Source: Halalkalibacterium halodurans
Lineage (GTDB): Bacteria > Bacillota > Bacilli > Bacillales > Bacillaceae_D
DNA length: 10,223 bases
Assembly: GCF_004376175.1 (NCBI RefSeq)
Contig: NZ_SNUY01000062.1
Coordinates: forward strand, 16,260 to 26,482
Reading direction: 5' to 3'
Position numbers and translations under genes: made by a program. This document shows positions 5,404-10,223 of this stretch, piece after piece (the first letter of the stretch is position 1; each line of letters starts with the position of its first letter). The notes beneath the pieces were generated by a model that saw nothing but the letters and a program-made list of their open reading frames with translations, was not told the DNA's origin and did no database searches.

Positions 5404-6792
5404 TTAGCCTTGTGGGTGAACCATTTTTGCAGGATCGACCATTTTTTCAAACTCCTCTTCGGTTAGCAAGCCGCTTTGTATCGCGGCTTCTTTAAGAGTT
5501 AAGCCTTCGGCATGTGCTTTTTTCGCAATTTTTGCTGCGTTCTCATAACCGATGTGGGGGTTGAGTGCTGTCACGAGCATGAGTGACTCATTTAAATGCT
5601 TTTTAATGATCGTTTCGTTTGCCTCAAGGCCGATTAAGCATTTGTCATGGAACGTCCGGAGTCCATCAGTTAACAGCGTTGTGGACTGAAGGAAATTGTA
5701 AATAATGACCGGCTTAAATACGTTCAGTTCAAAGTTCCCTTGACTTGCAGCAAAAGCAATCGTGGCATCATTTCCGATTACTTGCGACGTGATCATTGTT
5801 AATGCCTCGCTCTGAGTTGGATTGACCTTTCCTGGCATAATGGAGCTTCCCGGCTCGTTAGCAGGAATGATCAGTTCTCCTAGCCCGCCCCTAGGCCCAC
5901 TTGCAAGCCAACGAATATCATTCGCAATTTTAAACAAATCGGCAGCAAGCGCTTTTAGGGCGCCGTGAGTGTGTACTAGTTCGTCATGACTTGTGAGCGC
6001 GTGAAATTTATTAGCGGCTGATTTGAAAGGTTTCCCGGTTTCATTTGCGATCTCGGCGGCCACCATTTCTCCGAACTTAGGATGGGCGTTAATCCCTGTA
6101 CCGACAGCCGTACCACCGATAGCTAATTCCTGCAAATAAATCATGCTCTCACGGATCATTTGCTCGGTCTTTTCGAGCATCCGAGCCCAGCCACTAATTT
6201 CTTGGCCGAGGGTTAAGGGGGTCGCATCCTGTAAGTGTGTTCGTCCTAATTTAATCACATCATCAAATTGCTTTGCTTTTTGGTGGAGTGTTTGTTTGAA
6301 CATTTGGAGTGTAGGCAGTAAGTGATCGTCCAGTTTATTATAAGCCGCAATATGCATGGCGGTAGGAAATGTGTCGTTGGAGCTTTGCGATCGGTTCACG
6401 TCATCGTTCGGGTGAATTGTAACATTTAGTCCTTTTTCTTGCAGAAGCTGGTTTCCCCTGCGGGCAAGGACTTCATTCATGTTCATGTTCGACTGCGTGC
6501 CGCTACCGGTTTGCCAAACGAAAAGCGGGAAATGATCATCGTGTTTGCCAGCTAGCACTTCATTTGCAGCCCAGGTAATGGCATCTGCTTTTTCGGCAGA
6601 CAGTTGTCCAAGCTTTTTGTTGACGTTTGCTGCTGCTTTTTTTAGCAAGGCAAAGGCATAAATAATTTCCATCGGCATTTTTTCTACCCCAATATGGAAA
6701 TTCTCATAGCTTCGCTGCGTTTGTGCTCCCCATAATTTGTCTTGTGGAACGTGCATTTCTCCTAGCGTATCTCGCTCAATTCGTGTGTTCAC
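5404..6792 (-). CDS. fumC: Class II fumarate hydratase
   Basis: It has the fumarate-lyase signature [16 protein letters not shown], and the N-terminus [24 protein letters not shown] resembles B. subtilis CitG. The start is set to GTG 6792, with a perfect SD AAAGGAGGT 6 nt upstream. This gives 462 aa, the size of CitG/FumC. The ORF-track extension to 6846 is unsupported. Confidence 0.95.
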   Translation of the reverse strand: MNTRIERDTLGEMHVPQDKLWGAQTQRSYENFHIGVEKMPMEIIYAFALLKKAAANVNKKLGQLSAEKADAITWAANEVLAGKHDDHFPLFVWQTGSGTQSNMNMNEVLARRGNQLLQEKGLNVTIHPNDDVNRSQSSNDTFPTAMHIAAYNKLDDHLLPTLQMFKQTLHQKAKQFDDVIKLGRTHLQDATPLTLGQEISGWARMLEKTEQMIRESMIYLQELAIGGTAVGTGINAHPKFGEMVAAEIANETGKPFKSAANKFHALTSHDELVHTHGALKALAADLFKIANDIRWLASGPRGGLGELIIPANEPGSSIMPGKVNPTQSEALTMITSQVIGNDATIAFAASQGNFELNVFKPVIIYNFLQSTTLLTDGLRTFHDKCLIGLEANETIIKKHLNESLMLVTALNPHIGYENAAKIAKKAHAEGLTLKEAAIQSGLLTEEEFEKMVDPAKMVHPQG

Positions 6793-6980
6793 TTTTCTAC
6801 CTCCTTTGATTTCTTTCATTACCCAATTATCCGTTTCGGTACGCATAATAAACGAAAAGCTTCACATAGTACTCATAAAGGGTCACCTAATAAAGGTCAT
6901 TCCTACACTATATGATATCCTATTAACTAAAATTATGAAAAAAGGTAACAGAAACCGTTCGCATTGTGTGATTTTCTCTA

Positions 6981-7009
6981 TTTACATTAAAGAAGGTTCC
7001 TGATATAGT
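6981..7009 (+). promoter_or_regulatory. Sigma-A promoter of the nucleoside transporter gene (TTTACA - 17 nt - TGaTATAGT)
   Basis: The -35 is TTTACA (6981-6986) and the -10 is TATAGT (7004-7009), with a 17-nt spacer. The -10 carries a TG extension at 7001-7002. It lies about 112 nt upstream of the ATG at 7121. Confidence 0.55.
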
Positions 7010-7022
7010 GAAAACGTTAAAC
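7009..7022 (+). promoter_or_regulatory. Possible cre (CcpA) site TGAAAACGTTAAAC overlapping the transcription start region
   Basis: It matches TGWAANCGNTNWCA at 12 of 14 positions, with mismatches at the last two. It has the central CG and a good left half. The position is typical of repression. Confidence 0.3.
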
Positions 7023-7027
7023 GTATA

Positions 7028-7091
7028 GACGTCTGACTTCCTTATAGATTTCAAATTTTTTGATCAAAAAGATATGGAAGTGGGCCACGTC
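7028..7091 (+). promoter_or_regulatory. Long imperfect hairpin in the nupC 5' leader, containing the 14-bp perfect palindrome TTTTTGATCAAAAA (7057-7070)
   Basis: GACGT (7028-7032) pairs with ACGTC (7087-7091), and CTTCC (7037-7041) pairs with GGAAG (7076-7080), with further A-T pairs. No U-tract follows, so it is not an intrinsic terminator. I recognise no riboswitch core. Confidence 0.35.
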
Positions 7092-7120
7092 TGTTAACTA
7101 ATAAAAAAGGGGTGCGATGA

Positions 7121-8341
7121 ATGAATATTTTGTGGGGTTTATTAGGAATCGTCGTTGTTTTTCTAATCGCTTTTGCATTTTCCACAAATCGTCGTGCAAT
7201 TAAACCACGAACGATATTAGGTGGTCTCGCGATTCAGCTATTATTTGCGATTATTGTATTAAAAATTCCAGCTGGACAAGCGTTACTTGAGAGCTTAACC
7301 AATGTAGTTTTGCACATTATTAGTTATGCGAATGAAGGGATCGACTTCGTATTTGGTGGATTTTTCGAAGAAGGTTCAGGCGTAGGCTTCGTTTTTGCAA
7401 TTAACGTTTTGTCTGTCGTCATTTTCTTCTCAGCACTAATCTCGATCCTTTATTATTTAGGGATCATGCAATTTGTCATTAAAATTATCGGTGGTGCGCT
7501 GTCCTGGCTACTCGGAACATCAAAGGCAGAATCGATGTCAGCAGCAGCTAACATTTTCGTTGGGCAAACGGAAGCGCCACTCGTTGTTAAGCCTTACTTA
7601 CCCAAAATGACGCAATCCGAGCTCTTTGCTGTTATGACAGGGGGACTTGCTTCTGTTGCTGGTTCTGTTTTAATCGGGTATTCTCTTTTAGGAGTACCGC
7701 TTGAATACTTATTAGCGGCAAGCTTTATGGCTGCTCCTGCGGGCTTGATTATGGCGAAAATGATCATGCCTGAAACGGAGAAAACAACCGATGCAGAAGA
7801 TGACTTTAAGCTCGCAAAGGATGAAGAGTCCACGAACTTGATTGACGCGGCCGCCAATGGGGCGAGCACCGGGTTAATGCTTGTTCTAAATATTGCGGCG
7901 ATGTTACTAGCGTTTGTTGCATTGATTGCATTAATTAATGGAATTCTTGGATGGATCGGAGGATTGTTTGGGGCGTCGCAATTGTCTTTAGAATTAATCC
8001 TCGGATACGTGTTTGCTCCGCTTGCGTTTGTCATCGGAATTCCTTGGGCTGAAGCGCTTCAAGCGGGAAGTTATATCGGTCAGAAACTCGTTGTGAACGA
8101 ATTTGTTGCCTACTTAAGCTTTGCACCAGAAATTGAAAACCTTTCAGATAAAGCGGTGATGGTGATTAGTTTTGCCCTTTGCGGATTTGCTAACTTCTCA
8201 TCCCTCGGAATCCTTTTAGGAGGATTGGGTAAGCTTGCTCCGAGCCGTCGCCCTGATATTGCCCGTCTCGGATTACGCGCGATCCTTGCAGGTACGCTAG
8301 CTTCTTTACTCAGCGCCTCCATTGCGGGAATGTTATTCTAA
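7121..8341 (+). CDS. nupC: NupC/CNT family nucleoside:H+ symporter
   Basis: 406 aa and polytopic. It has CNT-family conserved blocks: [71 protein letters not shown] and VVNEFVAY. The SD AAAAGGGGTG lies 6-7 nt before the ATG. Which Bacillus paralogue it is (nupC versus yutK-like) cannot be decided here. Confidence 0.9.
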   Translation: MNILWGLLGIVVVFLIAFAFSTNRRAIKPRTILGGLAIQLLFAIIVLKIPAGQALLESLTNVVLHIISYANEGIDFVFGGFFEEGSGVGFVFAINVLSVVIFFSALISILYYLGIMQFVIKIIGGALSWLLGTSKAESMSAAANIFVGQTEAPLVVKPYLPKMTQSELFAVMTGGLASVAGSVLIGYSLLGVPLEYLLAASFMAAPAGLIMAKMIMPETEKTTDAEDDFKLAKDEESTNLIDAAANGASTGLMLVLNIAAMLLAFVALIALINGILGWIGGLFGASQLSLELILGYVFAPLAFVIGIPWAEALQAGSYIGQKLVVNEFVAYLSFAPEIENLSDKAVMVISFALCGFANFSSLGILLGGLGKLAPSRRPDIARLGLRAILAGTLASLLSASIAGMLF

Positions 8342-8358
8342 TTTGCTTATTTGAACAG

Positions 8359-8396
8359 AAAACGGAGGTCGGATCAATGATCCACCTCCGTTTTTT
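8359..8396. terminator. Bidirectional rho-independent terminator between nupC (+) and msrB (-)
   Basis: AACGGAGGT(C)GGATC pairs with GATCCACCTCCGTT, with one bulged C and a 3-nt loop. T6 follows on the plus strand and TTTTCTGTT on the minus strand. Confidence 0.8.
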
Positions 8397-8828
8397 CTAA
8401 TCAAATAATGCTTTATACTTTCCGTATCCTTCTTTCTCTAGGTCAGCCTTTGGAATGAACCGCAAGGCAGCCGAGTTAATGCAATACCTTAAGCCGTTTG
8501 GTCCAGGGCCATCTGGAAATACGTGTCCTAAATGAGAGTCCGCCTGTTTGCTTCGCACCTCAGTCCGAATCATTCCGTGACTACGATCTTCTTTTTCAAT
8601 CACTTCTTCTTCATCGATTGGTTTGGTAAAGCTTGGCCAACCGCAGCCAGCATCATACTTATCCTTAGAGCTAAACAACGGTTTCCCGGATACAATATCA
8701 ACATAAATCCCTTCCGCTTCTAAATCATAGTATTCATTTCGAAAAGGTGGCTCCGTTCCATTGTTTTGCGTCACTTCATATTGGAGTGGTGTTAGCTTTT
8801 TCTTTAATTCTTCGTTTTGTTCGGTCAT
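8397..8828 (-). CDS. msrB: Peptide-methionine (R)-S-oxide reductase
   Basis: 143 aa from ATG 8828. Motifs are GCGWPSF, GHVF.DGP and RYCINS (catalytic Cys), closely resembling B. subtilis MsrB. The ATG overlaps the msrA TGA stop (ATGA), and GGGGGGA upstream serves as the SD. Confidence 0.95.
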   Translation of the reverse strand: MTEQNEELKKKLTPLQYEVTQNNGTEPPFRNEYYDLEAEGIYVDIVSGKPLFSSKDKYDAGCGWPSFTKPIDEEEVIEKEDRSHGMIRTEVRSKQADSHLGHVFPDGPGPNGLRYCINSAALRFIPKADLEKEGYGKYKALFD

Positions 8829-9364
8829 CGTGATTCCCCCCAATGTTGTTTAATAAAGGCTTCGCGCCCAGAGCCGTGTCTGTACATTTTGTAATGGAAT
8901 GGGTTCTTCTTATGGTACTTTTGATGATATTCCTCTGCCGGATAGAACGGTTTGGCAGGGAGGATACGGGTGACAATAGGAGCGTTGAATTTACCGCTTT
9001 CCTCAAGTTTTTGTCTTGATGCTTCTGCTGCTTGTTTTTGCTGCCCATCATGATAAAAAATCGCTGTTCGATATGAATCGCCTCGATCGTGAAATTGTCC
9101 GCCTGGATCGGTCGGATCGATTTGTGTCCAATAGATTTCGAGCAGCTTTTCATATGGAAAAACTTCAGGGTCAAAGGAAATTTGCACCGCTTCATAGTGA
9201 CCTGTCGTCTCTGAGCATACTTCTTTGTACGTGGGATTTTCTGTATGTCCCCCTGTATAACCAGAAACCACTTGATGAATCCCCGGCTCTTCCTCAAATG
9301 GGGAAACCATACACCAGAAGCAGCCTCCAGCAAAAGTGGCTAACGCCCATTTGCTTTCACTCAC
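8825..9364 (-). CDS. msrA: Peptide-methionine (S)-S-oxide reductase
   Basis: 179 aa. It has the active-site motif GGCFWC and closely resembles B. subtilis MsrA ([40 protein letters not shown]). The GTG start follows the SD GGAAAGGA. Confidence 0.95.
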   Translation of the reverse strand: MSESKWALATFAGGCFWCMVSPFEEEPGIHQVVSGYTGGHTENPTYKEVCSETTGHYEAVQISFDPEVFPYEKLLEIYWTQIDPTDPGGQFHDRGDSYRTAIFYHDGQQKQAAEASRQKLEESGKFNAPIVTRILPAKPFYPAEEYHQKYHKKNPFHYKMYRHGSGREAFIKQHWGESR

Positions 9365-9410
9365 GGAATCACATCCTTTCCTAACGAATACACTTCTTGA
9401 CTGTGTCCAT

Positions 9411-9419
9411 AGTATACCA
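9411..9419 (-). promoter_or_regulatory. Putative extended -10 (TGgTATACT on the minus strand) for msrAB
   Basis: The reverse complement of 9411-9419 is TGGTATACT, about 45 nt upstream of the GTG at 9364. The -35 (TGAATA, plus 9434-9439) is weak. Confidence 0.3.
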
Positions 9420-9579
9420 TGATCAGCCTGAATTATTCATAAAAAACCTTTAATGCCCAAATAATGCTTATCTATCAAGGTATTGAGCTAAATGGTCCAT
9501 GCATCAAATAAATGAAAAAAGAATCCATTTCTGATATGGTTAAAGCAACGATGAAATAACCACAGAAAGGATTCTTATA

Positions 9580-10223
9580 ATGGCTACTTTACCGCAACTA
9601 ACACTAGATTTCAATCGTCAAATTAAATTGTCAACTGATGGAGGCTCTCTTTCTTCTGATACAGGTGAATTCGTTTTTCGAGAGTTTGATGAAAAAATCG
9701 GATTCTCTGAGACTCTTGTTCAACACCTGCATTTGAATGACGAGAGAAAGTACTATCTTCATTCGAATGAAAACCTCTTTCGTCAAAAGATTTATCAACT
9801 CATCGCTGGTTATGCTGAGGATGATGCGGCCGATCAATTGACGAATGATCCTGTTTTCACCCAAATGATTGGGACTGACTCCTTAGCTTCTCAACCAAGT
9901 TTATCTCGCTTTTATACACGATTTGATCATGAGTCCATTGAACAATTACATCACGCTAACCAAGAACTTTTAGATAAAGTACATGAACTTAGAGAGTCAA
10001 AAGCACTCATCATTGATTTAGATTCAACACATGCTGACACATATGGCCAACAAGAATTTACAGCTTATAATACCCATTACGGGACTGTTGGCTTTCATCC
10101 ATTGGTTGCCTTCGATGGGATAACAGGCGATTTCCTAAAAGCCCAGCTACGCCCTGGAAATGTGTATACGTCCAATGGTGTTGTGGATTTTGTGGAACCA
10201 CTTATCAAACATTACAATGAAAA
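9580..10223 (+). CDS. DDE transposase, IS1380-family-like, 5' partial (runs off the window end)
   Basis: This ORF is not in the supplied track because it is open-ended. ATG 9580 follows the SD GAAAGGA (9565-9571), and the frame is open to 10223. My translation is MATLPQLTLDFNRQIKLSTDGGSLSSDTGEFVFREFDEKIGFSE...AGYAEDDAADQLTNDPVF...LASQPSLSRF...ALIIDLDSTHADTYGQQE..YNTHYGTVGFHPLVAFDG..GDFLKAQLRPGNVYTS. These blocks are characteristic of the IS1380 / 'transposase DDE group 1' N-terminal region, including the first catalytic Asp. Confidence 0.8.
   Translation, partial: MATLPQLTLDFNRQIKLSTDGGSLSSDTGEFVFREFDEKIGFSETLVQHLHLNDERKYYLHSNENLFRQKIYQLIAGYAEDDAADQLTNDPVFTQMIGTDSLASQPSLSRFYTRFDHESIEQLHHANQELLDKVHELRESKALIIDLDSTHADTYGQQEFTAYNTHYGTVGFHPLVAFDGITGDFLKAQLRPGNVYTSNGVVDFVEPLIKHYNE
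9580..10223 (+). mobile_element. Insertion sequence (IS1380-family-like), partial; left end unresolved
   Basis: The call rests on the transposase ORF above. The left inverted repeat must lie between the msrA promoter region (about 9440) and the transposase SD (about 9565). It cannot be fixed without the right end. Only the minimal extent, the ORF, is given. Confidence 0.55.

Noticed and set aside
7010-7120. A purine/2'-dG riboswitch, T-box, PyrR binding loop or CodY box in the nupC leader.
   Set aside because: I could not find the conserved purine-riboswitch core (the UAUAAU...CCGUAAAU...ACUAUG-type junction), a T-box sequence or the PyrR ARUCCAGAGAGGYU loop. The A/T palindrome differs from AATTTTCWGAAAATT at about 5 positions. 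No terminator/antiterminator pair is present.
9397-9418. A plus-strand promoter-like TTGACT (9397-9402) followed by TATACC (9413-9418), pointing toward the IS.
   Set aside because: The spacer is only 10 nt, which is incompatible with sigma-A geometry. The TATAC sequence is better explained as the minus-strand extended -10 of msrA.
9429-9439. An 11-bp palindrome TGAAT-T-ATTCA near the msrA -35 position.
   Set aside because: It is short, A/T-rich and expected by chance in this region. There is no second copy in the window. It could also lie in or near the unresolved IS end.
9512-9559. A 15-codon mini-ORF (MKKESISDMVKATMK*) between msrA and the transposase gene.
   Set aside because: It has no SD and lies in A/T-rich sequence that probably belongs to the IS 5' untranslated region. 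There is no evidence of coding.
71-9864. Fourteen track ORFs that lie antisense to, or out of frame with, strong family-assignable genes or promoter regions: 71..307(-), 514..828(-), 725..913(-), 1489..1683(-), 3709..3921(-), 5120..5335(-), 6143..6325(+), 6737..7003(+), 7594..8034(-), 8110..8322(-), 8532..8723(+), 8776..9333(-), 9016..9384(+), 9631..9864(-).
   Set aside because: Each overlaps a confidently assigned gene on the opposite strand or in another frame. None has a Shine-Dalgarno sequence, and their translations are low-complexity or Cys/Arg/Ser-rich with no recognisable motif. I treat them as shadow ORFs.
1-10223. A window-wide scan for CRISPR repeats, tRNA/rRNA genes, long direct repeats or att-like duplications flanking the XRE module.
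   Set aside because: By eye I found no periodic repeat-spacer pattern, no cloverleaf-like tRNA segments and no long duplicated sequences. A computational repeat search could still find short att-like repeats that I missed.

Overview
This window looks like ordinary core chromosome from a Bacillaceae (Bacillus-like) genome, ending in the 5' part of an insertion sequence. All calls are by eye from the sequence and ORF track. Similarity statements come from memory of B. subtilis orthologues and family motifs, not from searches.

Gene order:
- (+) a membrane-anchored hypothetical protein.
- (+) a DUF1385 (YqhQ-like) membrane protein fused in frame to a UPF0045 (YqgV/MTH1187-like) domain.
- (-) a yjcH-yjcG-yjcF-like operon: esterase, 2H phosphoesterase, GNAT acetyltransferase.
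- (+) a PgpA/YutG-like protein.
- (+) a 59-aa basic orphan ORF.
- A divergent pair of XRE-family HTH genes, (-) 107 aa and (+) 73 aa, with two perfect palindromes on their core promoters.
- (-) class II fumarase.
- (+) a NupC-family nucleoside transporter with a structured leader.
- (-) msrA-msrB, with an ATGA overlap.
- (+) a truncated IS1380-family-like transposase.

Three convergent junctions carry clear bidirectional rho-independent terminators. I saw no CRISPR array, tRNA, rRNA or recognisable riboswitch.

I see no strong case for a large novel multi-gene system. The best candidates for a second look are:
- the orphan Xre/Cro-type switch plus the adjacent small basic ORF (4415-5370);
- the stop-less DUF1385-UPF0045 junction, which keeps an internal Shine-Dalgarno and ATG (about 1586-1605);
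- the nupC leader (6981-7120).
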